Made by a program: the position numbers and the translations under genes. From the IMG/VR virus record IMGVR_UViG_3300032268_000832, positions 1-64,000 of that record: 64,000 nt of DNA. One strand, given 5' to 3'. The notes beneath the pieces were generated by a model. The model saw only the letters and a program-made list of their open reading frames with translations. It was not told the DNA's origin and searched no databases. Below, one piece after another: positions 26,722-36,382 of this stretch. Each line of letters opens with the position of its first letter. Positions within the stretch are counted from its first letter, which is position 1.

Positions 26722-27039
26722 ATGGCTTTAGAATTAAATGAAAATAACGTTGAAGAGGCGTTGAAAACAAAAAAGATAACAGTTTTAGATTTCTGGGCAC
26801 CATGGTGCGGACCTTGTAGAATGCTTGGGCCGATTATTGATGAATTAAATACCGATAACGCTGATAAAGATGTTACTGTAGCAAAAATTAATGTTGAAGA
26901 AAATCAATCTTTAGCAGTAAAATATGGTGTTAGAGGTATCCCTACTGTTGTAATCTTTAAAGATGGTGAAGAACAAACTAGAAAAGTTGGTGTTGCATCG
27001 AAATCAGAATTTCAAACAATCATTGATGGGTTGTTGTAA
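26722..27039 (+). CDS. trxA: thioredoxin
   Basis: DFWAPWCGPC, cis-Pro GIPT. Confidence 0.95.
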   Translation: MALELNENNVEEALKTKKITVLDFWAPWCGPCRMLGPIIDELNTDNADKDVTVAKINVEENQSLAVKYGVRGIPTVVIFKDGEEQTRKVGVASKSEFQTIIDGLL

Positions 27040-27059
27040 TTTTTAGTTATGTTATGTTA

Positions 27060-27087
27060 AAAAGGTTCGGTTTTCCGAACCTTTTTT
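27060..27087 (+). terminator. intrinsic terminator
   Basis: AAAAGGTTCGG-tttt-CCGAACCTTTT. Confidence 0.8.
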
Positions 27088-27109
27088 GTTTTATAAAATA
27101 TTTATAAGT

Positions 27110-27451
27110 ATGAAAACAAAATTAATAATTACGGAATCGCAATTTAATAAAGTTAAATCTATTTTGGCTGAAAACACTATGCACGCTAGAATGGTAAAAG
27201 AAATGAAAGACTTTTTAAATGCAAACTACACCCCAACTGAAAATTATGTTCGCGAGGGTGGTGAGTATTTTGGTAAAACAATGTTTAAAGTTAACGCTGA
27301 TGAAGAGTTAATCTCAGCTAAACAACTTTATGAATACATGCTTTATAAATACGGTCTTAGTGAATCATTCACCCAACAAGTTATAAAAGATTGGGTTTCT
27401 GGTAAAATTAGTGAGGATAATATGTTATCTAAACATGTACCTATGCGATAG
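27110..27451 (+). CDS. putative internal head protein (MKTKLIITESQ; start corrected)
   Basis: Late promoter at 27098; I-x-E and L-x-E sites near the N-terminus. Confidence 0.75.
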   Translation: MKTKLIITESQFNKVKSILAENTMHARMVKEMKDFLNANYTPTENYVREGGEYFGKTMFKVNADEELISAKQLYEYMLYKYGLSESFTQQVIKDWVSGKISEDNMLSKHVPMR

Positions 27452-27453
27452 TT

Positions 27454-27777
27454 ATGGACCTCAAACCTAAAATACGAAAAATATTAAGAGAACACTACGG
27501 TGAATTTGAAACGTATCTAGAACACAAATACGAAGAAGTTTTGACTGAAAATTTAATCACTGGTTCAACAATAGTAAAAGAAGCTTGGGCAACTTACAAT
27601 CAAGTAGTTTTAGAATTAAAAAACAGTATAAAAAATACTTTAAAATTAAAAGAACTACAATATAAATTAACCGATAACTCAAACCCAAAAGACATGTGTA
27701 TAGAAGTTATTTCTGATATAAAAGACATGTCTCCAGAGCTAAAAAGACTCTATGAAAAGATAAAAAATCTGTATTGA
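27454..27777 (+). CDS. putative internal head protein (KIRKILRE)
   Basis: Shared motif; paralogue of the next gene (LKELQYKLTDNSNP). Confidence 0.75.
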   Translation: MDLKPKIRKILREHYGEFETYLEHKYEEVLTENLITGSTIVKEAWATYNQVVLELKNSIKNTLKLKELQYKLTDNSNPKDMCIEVISDIKDMSPELKRLYEKIKNLY

Positions 27778-27922
27778 TTTGGTTATCAATATTTTATGTA
27801 ACGTATTGATTTTCAATATGTTATAATCTAAATATTTTTTAATAGATAATTTCTATTGTTAGGTCTAACTGTAATGTTTAAGATATTTATAATTAAATAA
27901 CATTTTTAAATTTTGTAGATTG

Positions 27923-28261
27923 ATGGGCGTTAATATTTTTTTAAATACTACATGTCAAACTAAGAGAACTAGGTTAGACAAATTGTATTACGAGCACGTT
28001 AATTGTTTATTAAATGATTTAAACGAAGAGGACGAAATAAAGTGGGAAACTTATGGGTTAATTATAGATAGCTTACTAAATCAAGGGCACAATAATGTTT
28101 TAAAAGAGATTAAGTATAGAATGACAGATGGTGAAAACCCAAATGAAATTATCTTAGACTTAATACAAAGACATTCAGATACAGTTGATGGGATGATTTG
28201 GTTTTTAAAGAGAAGGGTTGAGGAATACTTAGAAGATGATTTTTTTAAAAAATTTTTTTAA
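27923..28261 (+). CDS. hypothetical protein, paralogue of 27454-27777
   Basis: LKEIKYRMTDGENP; late promoter at 27883. Confidence 0.7.
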   Translation: MGVNIFLNTTCQTKRTRLDKLYYEHVNCLLNDLNEEDEIKWETYGLIIDSLLNQGHNNVLKEIKYRMTDGENPNEIILDLIQRHSDTVDGMIWFLKRRVEEYLEDDFFKKFF

Positions 28262-28313
28262 ATTATTGCTTTATTCAATTATTTTTAGTATGTTTGTATA
28301 TTAAAGTATAAAT

Positions 28314-29708
28314 ATGGAAAAAGGTTTAACGGATAGATTAGTGTTTTTAGCTGAAACATTTGATGTTTTTGATTGTTCTTCAGATGAACTTCAAAAAAAG
28401 ATTAGTGGTTTTGAAAAAGAAAACTATGAAGTTCAGACAGTTTATTATGAGCAAAATGTAATTGCGTTGGTTTCATCAAAGGTAAACAACAAAGACCGTA
28501 TCATTAAGAAAGTTAGTGTTTGTATGGATGTTTTTTCTGAAATGATTGCTGCTGACCCAACTAAAAATAAGATGTATGTTCAGTGGATGCTTAACATGTT
28601 TTCTCGTTTTATGAAAGATGTTAAATCACAAGTTTATGGTATTAGGTTAGTTGGTGAAGATTTACCTCAAGCTGAGATGTATTTAAAGTTATTTGAAGAT
28701 AACAAAAGAAAGAAAAAATTTAAAGATTTATGTCTTGGTAGCTATTCATTGAAAGGTATAACGGACCCTACTGATATTAACCAATACAAATCTCTTTCAC
28801 AATTATTTGATTCGGTTGACCCGTTCATTGAAAGAGATGCTAGTGTAATTGAAAGAACCATTATGAAGTATGTAGATTTAGGTAAAGCGTATATTCCTGT
28901 TAAAGACAGAAAATTTACAGTTTATGTTCCTTTGACTTTAGACGCTTCAGTTGTGTTTGCAAAACACGCTAACTGGTGTACAGCTAGGGAAGGTAATGGT
29001 ATGTTTAAAAGTTATACAGAATCATACAAAACACCAGATGGTAAAAAATCTAAGTTATATGTTATCATAAACAACAAATTTTTTAGTGGGGAGTCAGATG
29101 AAATTTTTCAAGTTCATTTTGAGACAAACCAATTAAAAGATAGAAAAAATAGTCAAAACGTTACAATTTTTGAAAACGTTATGGCTGAAAGTGAAGGGGT
29201 TGCAAATTTTTTTAAAGAAGAGTTGTTAGTTTTAGCTAAGAATAAAAAAACAGTAAAACAAAATACGTATTTAGATTATTTATTAAAATTTGGTTTTGCC
29301 GAATCATTATTTGAATTATTGGAAGAAGATACACCTATTATTAAATTTATGGACCGAGAAATACCTAGAATCCCAAATGTTTCTAAATTTAAAAATTTGG
29401 ACCAGATAATTATTACTGGTGCTAAATTACAAGAGTTAGACCCTTCTGTTGGTGAATTAACTAAATTATCTATGTTAGTGTTAGCAAATAATAAATTAAT
29501 TTCTTTGCCAAGTGAGATTGGTAGTTTAAAGAATTTAGAGTTTTTAAATTTAAAAGGAAACAATATTAAATCGATACCTAATGAGATTTCTAATTTAGAT
29601 AAATCCAAAGGTGGTTCGTTATATCGCATAGTTGTTGATAAAAACGATATAGGAGATGAAAATTATAAAAAACTAAAAGAGTTGTTACCAACAACTAATT
29701 TTAATTAA
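28314..29708 (+). CDS. PcfJ-related WCT domain fused to leucine-rich repeats
   Basis: KHANWCTAR; LSMLVLANNKLISLPSEIGSLKNLEFLNLKGNNIKSIPNEISNL. Confidence 0.85.
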   Translation: MEKGLTDRLVFLAETFDVFDCSSDELQKKISGFEKENYEVQTVYYEQNVIALVSSKVNNKDRIIKKVSVCMDVFSEMIAADPTKNKMYVQWMLNMFSRFMKDVKSQVYGIRLVGEDLPQAEMYLKLFEDNKRKKKFKDLCLGSYSLKGITDPTDINQYKSLSQLFDSVDPFIERDASVIERTIMKYVDLGKAYIPVKDRKFTVYVPLTLDASVVFAKHANWCTAREGNGMFKSYTESYKTPDGKKSKLYVIINNKFFSGESDEIFQVHFETNQLKDRKNSQNVTIFENVMAESEGVANFFKEELLVLAKNKKTVKQNTYLDYLLKFGFAESLFELLEEDTPIIKFMDREIPRIPNVSKFKNLDQIIITGAKLQELDPSVGELTKLSMLVLANNKLISLPSEIGSLKNLEFLNLKGNNIKSIPNEISNLDKSKGGSLYRIVVDKNDIGDENYKKLKELLPTTNFN

Positions 29709-29766
29709 AATAATAAGGCTCCATTAATGGGGCCTTATTTATTATAACACATAAAAAATAAATGTT

Positions 29767-30297
29767 ATGGAATGGAAAAGAAATGGCAAGTTAATTGAAG
29801 AAAGTTTAGTAGATTACTTGGAAAAATTATTTGACGAACAGTTAGAAAAAAACAAAATGCTTAAAGTTTCAATTGGAACTGATTCACAAAAACTAAGTAA
29901 AACACTTTATAAGTTTGCTACCGTTATACTTATTTCAACTAGTGAAGATTTAGGTGGTGGTGTTATCGTTGGTCGTGGTGGTATGATTATCGCTTCAACT
30001 TATACACACGATTTCATGAAAAAAGGTGACGATGCTAGATTAAGAGATAAAGAATTAGTAAACGAAAGAATGGTTTTTGAGGTAGGGAAATCAATTGAAG
30101 TAGCAACACAAGTTGCTGAGTTATTAGATTTATATGAAATCCCTTTGGAAATTCACGCGGATATTAATCCAAACCCAAAACACGACTCAAATAAAGCTTT
30201 GCAGTCAGCAGTTGGTTACATTTTAGGTATGGGTTATGAATTTAAAATAAAACCAGAAGCATGGGCAGCCTCAACAGCGGCTGACAGAAAATGTTAA
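29767..30297 (+). CDS. RNase H-like YkuK-family protein
   Basis: SIGTDSQ...E...EIHADIN...A..AAD. Confidence 0.75.
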   Translation: MEWKRNGKLIEESLVDYLEKLFDEQLEKNKMLKVSIGTDSQKLSKTLYKFATVILISTSEDLGGGVIVGRGGMIIASTYTHDFMKKGDDARLRDKELVNERMVFEVGKSIEVATQVAELLDLYEIPLEIHADINPNPKHDSNKALQSAVGYILGMGYEFKIKPEAWAASTAADRKC

Positions 30298-30358
30298 ATT
30301 TATATTATTATTTGTTTTTTTACATAAATGTTAGTATATTTACATAAAAAGAAATCTT

Positions 30359-30520
30359 ATGGCTCGTTACGCATTAAAAACTAAAAATGGTGAAGTTATT
30401 AACACAATTAACGCTGATAACCAAACAACAGCAGCAGAATTATTTGCTGAAATTAAAAAAATTAACACTGAAGATTTGTTAAATATCTATGATGTTGATA
30501 TTTTTATTGGGGTAAAATAG
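30359..30520 (+). CDS. small hypothetical protein (53 aa)
   Basis: Hand-translated MARYALKTKNGEVIN... Confidence 0.6.
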   Translation: MARYALKTKNGEVINTINADNQTTAAELFAEIKKINTEDLLNIYDVDIFIGVK

Positions 30521-30581
30521 TTTTTTTTTATTTTTTGATATATTTATTAGTAAATAAGATTTTATTTTAAACCAAATAGAC

Positions 30582-30785
30582 ATGTCAAACACTAAAAAAA
30601 CTGTTAAAATCAAAGAATCTCACCTTGTTGATTTAATCGACAACATTGTTAATGAAGCTGTTGCTGTAAAAAAACAAGAGTGGATTAATGAACAAGCTAA
30701 AAAACAAAGTGAATCAAGCAAATTAATGGAAGCAAAAATTGCTAAATTAGAAAAAGCTGTTAGAAGACTTACTGAAGGTAGATAA
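30582..30785 (+). CDS. small putative head-associated protein (67 aa)
   Basis: Late promoter at 30540; IKE/VNE/LME/LTE sites; terminator 30813-30840. Confidence 0.7.
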   Translation: MSNTKKTVKIKESHLVDLIDNIVNEAVAVKKQEWINEQAKKQSESSKLMEAKIAKLEKAVRRLTEGR

Positions 30786-30883
30786 TTAAAAACTATCTAA
30801 ATTAAAAAAAATAAGACTGGAACATATATGTTCTGGTCTTTTGTTTTTTATACTTATTGATATATTTATCTTAAAAAGGTTTT

Positions 30884-31573
30884 ATGCAAAAAGTTATCGA
30901 AAAAATGGTAAAAACTCAAACACCATTAACATCATGTGTAATAAGAGATGAATATATTTCAGCTAGTGAAATTGCTTTTGATTGTATTTTTGATGGTACT
31001 TCAAAATTTTATCCATGGGAATTACCTAAATCATTACCAAAAGAATTTAAAATAGGTGTTATCGTTGGGTCTAGCGGTAGTGGTAAATCAACTATGTTAA
31101 AACATTTTGGTTTAGAGCAATCACCAGAATGGAATCCAGAAAAATCAATCATATCACATTTTGATTCACCAGAAGACGGTATAAAAAAACTAAGTTCAGT
31201 TGGTCTTAATTCTGTACCTTCATGGTATAAACCTTATCATGTTTTATCCAACGGTGAAAAGTTTAGAGCTGATTTAGCTAGAAAAATAAAATCTAATTCT
31301 GTAATTGATGAATACACTAGTGTTGTTGACAGAAATGTTGCTAAGGCTGCTAGCGTATCTTTATCTAGATATGTTAAGGATAATGGTATCCAGAATGTTG
31401 TATTGTCAACGTGTCATAGGGATATATTAGAATGGCTTGAACCTGATTGGGTGATTGATACAGATAGTGGTGAGCTAATCGACGGTTTTTTTTTGCCCGA
31501 CCAGAAATCAAACTTGACGTATATCGCGCAAACAATGATAGTTGGAGAATGTTTAGCGACCATCACTATTTAG
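30884..31573 (+). CDS. ABC-type ATPase (N-terminal part of probable ATPase-GNAT fusion)
   Basis: GSSGSGKST, LSNGE, VIDEY, STCH. Confidence 0.85.
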   Translation: MQKVIEKMVKTQTPLTSCVIRDEYISASEIAFDCIFDGTSKFYPWELPKSLPKEFKIGVIVGSSGSGKSTMLKHFGLEQSPEWNPEKSIISHFDSPEDGIKKLSSVGLNSVPSWYKPYHVLSNGEKFRADLARKIKSNSVIDEYTSVVDRNVAKAASVSLSRYVKDNGIQNVVLSTCHRDILEWLEPDWVIDTDSGELIDGFFLPDQKSNLTYIAQTMIVGECLATITI

Positions 31574-31968
31574 ATTCTAAAGTAAATAAAGCCGCTAGGT
31601 TTTATGTTGGAATCTGGGATGGAAATGTTGTTGCTTTTGGCGCGGCCATAACTATGCCTAGTGGTACAATTAAAAACGCGTGGAGGGGTCATAGAACGGT
31701 TGTGTTGCCAGATTTTCAAGGGATGGGTATAGGTGTTCGTTTTTCAGATATAATAGCGCAAATCCACTTAAATGAAGGTCATAGATATTTTTCTAGAACT
31801 GCGCACCCGCGCATGGGAGAATATAGGGAGAAATCACAGCTATGGAAACCTACCAGCAAGAACAAAAAATTAAGAACCGATGTTAAACATGAGAACGTGT
31901 ATAACAATCATTTTGCGGATAATAGACGAGTTTGTTATAGTCACGAATATATTGGTTTAAAAACCTAA
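31486..31968 (+). CDS. GNAT acetyltransferase (-1 frame continuation of the ATPase; ATG at 31549)
   Basis: RTVVLPDFQGMGIG acetyl-CoA motif; frame open from 31474 through the T9 run. Confidence 0.8.
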   Translation, partial: FFFARPEIKLDVYRANNDSWRMFSDHHYLDSKVNKAARFYVGIWDGNVVAFGAAITMPSGTIKNAWRGHRTVVLPDFQGMGIGVRFSDIIAQIHLNEGHRYFSRTAHPRMGEYREKSQLWKPTSKNKKLRTDVKHENVYNNHFADNRRVCYSHEYIGLKT

Positions 31969-32250
31969 GTTTTCTCTAATAAGTTTTTTAATTAATTTTT
32001 TTTGAGATTCTTTTAAATCTTTTTCCGCGTCTTTTTCCATTTTTTCAAGCCTGTCATAATAATCAGGGAATTCTGTAATGTGGTCCATAGCAATTTCTTT
32101 TGCTTTTTCTTTATCGTCGGTATGCTCCGATTCAATTTTAACCCCTTTTTTTAATTGTGCTTGTATTTTTTCAACAGATACATCGAATTTGTCGGCAATG
32201 TTTTGTAGTGACATGTTATCTGATTTACCGCCTTTAATTGTATTTTTCAT
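31957..32250 (-). CDS. hypothetical protein with C-terminal LIKKLIRE motif (start corrected)
   Basis: KGVKIESEHT...AKEIAMDHITEFPDYYDRL. Confidence 0.75.
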   Translation of the reverse strand: MKNTIKGGKSDNMSLQNIADKFDVSVEKIQAQLKKGVKIESEHTDDKEKAKEIAMDHITEFPDYYDRLEKMEKDAEKDLKESQKKLIKKLIRENLGF

Positions 32251-32252
32251 AA

Positions 32253-33020
32253 TTATACATAATCTTCTGGGTGGATTCTTCCCCATTTTCTCATTATTAT
32301 TCCAGCCAACGCGTTAGCTTCATTTTCAATAGGACTACCATCAGCACCATCTTTTTCTGTATCAGTTAAACGGCCATCTAAATTTTGTTTGTGGTGTACA
32401 AGCTCGTGTGCAATTGAACGCATTATGTCAATTTTAGCTCTATCCTTAACGTATACTTTAATTCTGCGGTCACTATTGTGATAATAAGCAGTTGTTTTAA
32501 GGTCTGGTGTTTTTTCAAAGGCTAATTCAACTGTTATATCATCATCAATACCTAACAATTTTTTTGCAAAGTTTACAAAATCAGACATGCTTAACACGTC
32601 TTCTTTTTCTTTGGTCATTAAAGACTCTCTAAGTAGAGCTTTAATTATTGGTTTAAAATCTTCTTTCATACCTAGTGTTTTTGGGTAACGAATCATAGTA
32701 TCGGTATATTCATAATTTTTATTATAACCCTTATTCATTTTGAATCCGAATTTTTTATAAAATTGAACCAACACGTTAACGCTTACACCGTCAATATTAT
32801 CTGGTGTCAATGTTATTATTTTCATGTTTGCATCTGCATATCTAATCAAATCATCCATAACTTTGGTACCAATTTTAAGGTTATTACCATAGTTGTTTTT
32901 TTGATATCTATATTCTGGTTTAACTTTAATCATAGATAACCTTAGACTAGTTTTAGTTTCACTAATATCTAAGTCTGATAAATATTCACCATATTTTTCT
33001 AATAATTCATTTTCTATCAT
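32253..33020 (-). CDS. GNAT-like + zincin metallopeptidase fusion (start corrected)
   Basis: IGTKVMDDLIRYAD...FYKKFGF; internal IIKALLRE; SIAHELVHHKQ...ENEAN. Confidence 0.65.
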   Translation of the reverse strand: MIENELLEKYGEYLSDLDISETKTSLRLSMIKVKPEYRYQKNNYGNNLKIGTKVMDDLIRYADANMKIITLTPDNIDGVSVNVLVQFYKKFGFKMNKGYNKNYEYTDTMIRYPKTLGMKEDFKPIIKALLRESLMTKEKEDVLSMSDFVNFAKKLLGIDDDITVELAFEKTPDLKTTAYYHNSDRRIKVYVKDRAKIDIMRSIAHELVHHKQNLDGRLTDTEKDGADGSPIENEANALAGIIMRKWGRIHPEDYV

Positions 33021-33037
33021 ACATATAAATATAAAAA

Positions 33038-33060
33038 AAACCCACAAAATTTGTGGGTTT
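33038..33060 (-). terminator. terminator after clpC
   Basis: AAACCCACAA-aat-TTGTGGGTTT. Confidence 0.7.
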
Positions 33061-33068
33061 AATTAAAA

Positions 33069-35570
33069 TTACGATTTTTTTGTTTTTTTAGGTTTTTCTA
33101 TTACAAGACTTTCTTGTTCTTTAGAATAAACAATCTTGATTGTATCACCTTCCTCAAACACTTCAGTAAGAATTTCATCGGCTACTAAGTCTTCAACATA
33201 ATGTTGAATCGCTCTGTTTAGCGGTCTAGCACCATACTCTTCGTCATAACCTTCTTTTGCTATAAAATCTAGAGCGCTATCAGAAATGTCTAAGTTAAAT
33301 TTCAATTCAGCTAAACGACTTTCTAAGTGTTTAATCTCAACATTGATAATTTCTCTAATATTTTCTTTTGAAAGAGAATTGAAAATGATAGCTTCGTCTA
33401 TACGGTTAAGAAATTCTGGTTTAAATTTCTTTTTAAGTGCTTTATCAATGATTGCTCTAGATTTAGCTTCTTCATTAAAAGCTGTTGAACCAGTATCAAA
33501 CCCCATAGTCTTACCAAAAGAGTTTGCCTCTTTAACACCGATGTTAGATGTCATAATGATAAGAGCATTTTTAAAGTTAACCTTACGTCCAAGACCATCA
33601 GTTAAATGACCTTCATCAAGTAATTGTAACAATAAGTTAAACACATCATCGTGAGCTTTTTCAATCTCATCAAATAAGATTACACAGTGTGGTTTACGTC
33701 TAACTTTTTCAGTTAACTGACCACCTTGGTCATAACCAACGTAACCTGGTGGTGGACCAACCAATCTAGACACAGAGTGTTTCTCCATGTATTCTGACAT
33801 ATCAACTCTAACAAGAGCATCAGCATCACCATAAACATGTTCGGCTAGCAATTTAGCAAGAAGTGTTTTACCAACACCTGTAGGGCCTAAGAAAATAAAT
33901 GAACCAACAGGTTTGTTTTTATCTTTGATACCAATTCTATTACGTTTGATTGCCTTAACAACTTTAACAACAGCATCGTCTTGACCGATTACTTTACCAC
34001 TCAATTCTTTGTCCATATTCATAAGACGTTTACTTTCTTGAGTTGAAATTTTGTTAAGTGGAATACCAGTCATCATAGAAACAACCTCAGAGATTAAATC
34101 AACACCAACTTCAGTTACTTTAACATCTAGACTTGTTTGCCAATCAACCATAGCTTTTTCTAAACTATCGGTAATTTCTTTTTCTTTATCGCGAAGTTTT
34201 GCAGCTTCTTCATATTGTTGTTTTTTTACGACTTCTGCTTTTTTCTCGTTTATAAGTTTTTTCTCTTCCTCAAGTTCTTTAATAACATCAGGTTTTTCAA
34301 CTGAAATATTAGTAGTAGCACCAGCTTCATCCAAAACATCGATAGCTTTGTCTGGCATTGCTCTATCCATAATGTATCTAGCTGATAATTTAACGCATTC
34401 TTCTATTGCTTCTTCAGTATATTTAACTTTGTGATGTTTTTCATACTTCTCTTTGATGTTCATCAAAATAGTTTTAGTTTGCTCTAAGGTTGGTTCTTCA
34501 ACTAGAACTTGTTGAAAACGTCTAGTTAACGCACCGTCTTTTTCAATGTTTTCTCGATATTCATCAAGTGTTGTAGCACCAATGATTTGTATTTCACCTC
34601 TAGCCAAAGCTGGTTTGAAAATATTAGACGCGTCTAAAGAACCGCTTGAGTTTCCAGCACCTACGATTGTATGTAACTCATCAATGAACAATACAATATC
34701 TGGATTGGCTTTACATTCTTCTAATATGGCTTTCATTCTCTCTTCAAATTGTCCACGATATTTTGTACCAGCAACAATTGAAGCTAAATCTAACATGTAT
34801 ATTTTTTTACCTGTTAGTGTTCTTGGAGCGTTACCCTCAAAAATAAGTTGGGCAAGTCCCTCTACTATGGCAGTTTTTCCAACACCAGGTTCACCAATAA
34901 GGACTGGATTGTTTTTCTTTCTTCTAGATAAAATTTGAGATACACGTTTTATCTCAATTTCTCTACCAACCACTGGGTCCACTTGTTCGTTTTCAACAGC
35001 CTTAGAGATATCTCTACAGAAATTATCTAAAACTGGTGTTTTTGTTTTTGAATCTTTGTTTTTAGGTTTTCTAAAAGATTCATTTTCATCATTTTCATCA
35101 TTGCTAAAAGCACTGTTTTTGTGTTCGAATTTGTCCATATTTGTAACGGTTTTTAAAAATTTGTTGTATGTTATACCAATTTCAGATAACATTTTAATTA
35201 ACGGTAATTTAGAGTCTAAAATACTAAGCATTACATGTGTCGTATCTATGTAGGTATCATTTAGTTTATCACAATGTTTGTCTAAGTTTTTGATTATAAC
35301 TTTCATTTCATCAGAAAATGGTAGACTTTTTCTGTTTGTACCTATTCTAGGGGTCAAGTCACTTTTTCTAACAAAATCAGATACTTTATCGTATACATCA
35401 AAAGTATCCACATTCATAATGTTTAACGCTCTAACACATTCGTTATCGTTGTCTATCATCATAGATAGAATCACATGTTCTGGTTTAATTTTATTATCAT
35501 CATGGTCTTTAGCTTCTCTAATGGCTTGATTCATGATAATTTTAACTTTTGGGTCTATTCTTCTATCCAT
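33069..35570 (-). CDS. clpC: ClpC-type ATP-dependent Clp protease ATPase subunit
   Basis: Clp-N domain; GEPGVGKT/IDELH; UVR-like middle domain QQYEEAAKLRDKE; GPTGVGKT/FDEIEKAH; MGF ClpP-docking loop; GARPL. Confidence 0.92.
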   Translation of the reverse strand: MDRRIDPKVKIIMNQAIREAKDHDDNKIKPEHVILSMMIDNDNECVRALNIMNVDTFDVYDKVSDFVRKSDLTPRIGTNRKSLPFSDEMKVIIKNLDKHCDKLNDTYIDTTHVMLSILDSKLPLIKMLSEIGITYNKFLKTVTNMDKFEHKNSAFSNDENDENESFRKPKNKDSKTKTPVLDNFCRDISKAVENEQVDPVVGREIEIKRVSQILSRRKKNNPVLIGEPGVGKTAIVEGLAQLIFEGNAPRTLTGKKIYMLDLASIVAGTKYRGQFEERMKAILEECKANPDIVLFIDELHTIVGAGNSSGSLDASNIFKPALARGEIQIIGATTLDEYRENIEKDGALTRRFQQVLVEEPTLEQTKTILMNIKEKYEKHHKVKYTEEAIEECVKLSARYIMDRAMPDKAIDVLDEAGATTNISVEKPDVIKELEEEKKLINEKKAEVVKKQQYEEAAKLRDKEKEITDSLEKAMVDWQTSLDVKVTEVGVDLISEVVSMMTGIPLNKISTQESKRLMNMDKELSGKVIGQDDAVVKVVKAIKRNRIGIKDKNKPVGSFIFLGPTGVGKTLLAKLLAEHVYGDADALVRVDMSEYMEKHSVSRLVGPPPGYVGYDQGGQLTEKVRRKPHCVILFDEIEKAHDDVFNLLLQLLDEGHLTDGLGRKVNFKNALIIMTSNIGVKEANSFGKTMGFDTGSTAFNEEAKSRAIIDKALKKKFKPEFLNRIDEAIIFNSLSKENIREIINVEIKHLESRLAELKFNLDISDSALDFIAKEGYDEEYGARPLNRAIQHYVEDLVADEILTEVFEEGDTIKIVYSKEQESLVIEKPKKTKKS

Positions 35571-35668
35571 CGGTTATTTCTTTTTTTTGCAAATATACGA
35601 AAATATTTTTAAATAGCAATATTGATTGTTTAGAAAATTATTAGTATATTTGTACAAAACAAAAAATT

Positions 35669-35890
35669 ATGATACCTACAGCACCTAAATTTGGAAAAGT
35701 TGAATTACTGGTTAAGACTGGCGGGGATGGTAGAACAAACATTACATTCGATGATTGTGGTCTTATGATTACAGGTGATTATATAATAGTAATCTTAGAC
35801 GAAAAAGATGAGTTAAACCACACCCTTACTAGTACTGGTAAAATTTTTCAACTAAAAGATATTGATTCTTATAAAACACATGCAAAATAA
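35669..35890 (+). CDS. hypothetical protein (73 aa)
   Basis: TAtaTTTG promoter at ~35645, divergent from clpC. Confidence 0.7.
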   Translation: MIPTAPKFGKVELLVKTGGDGRTNITFDDCGLMITGDYIIVILDEKDELNHTLTSTGKIFQLKDIDSYKTHAK

Positions 35891-35912
35891 CAATTATTAA
35901 ATAAAACAAATT

Positions 35913-36380
35913 ATGCTTTTAAAAAAACAAGAAAACAACAATGTAACTAAGGCTATTTATAGTTCTTCTAATATCTGCGCATCGACGTATGATAAAACTT
36001 CAAAAGACCTAACAATTATTTTTAACAACGGTGGTCAATACAGATACTCAAACGTTTCTGAAACCGACTACACTCGTTTTGAATTAGCAGATAGTCAAGG
36101 GGTTATTTTTAATTCTCATATTAAAAAACATGACTTTGAAAAAATGGATAAAGTTGACCCTAGTGCAATCTTATTGGAAGTAACTGAATTAAAAGACGCT
36201 GAGAAAAAGATAAAAGCGCAGTATGTTACAAATTCAATGATAACAGCTATCAATGCAGTTTCTGTTTATTACGAAAAAACTGAAAGTATCGACCCAGCGT
36301 TGTATGCTAAAATGAAGTCAGCTATGGATGACTATGAAAAAATAACAGCATCAGCTGCTGCTTCTATAGTTAACGACTAA
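35913..36380 (+). CDS. KTSC-domain protein
   Basis: SSNI...YD...L.IIFNNGGQYRYSNV...ADSQG.IFNSHIK. Confidence 0.8.
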   Translation: MLLKKQENNNVTKAIYSSSNICASTYDKTSKDLTIIFNNGGQYRYSNVSETDYTRFELADSQGVIFNSHIKKHDFEKMDKVDPSAILLEVTELKDAEKKIKAQYVTNSMITAINAVSVYYEKTESIDPALYAKMKSAMDDYEKITASAAASIVND

Positions 36381-36382
36381 CT

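Noticed and set aside
27799-27823. TAAC..GTTA palindrome as a cassette site
   Set aside because: Short symmetric palindrome without internal stem/spacer asymmetry or paired cassette ends; could be an operator, but there is no support
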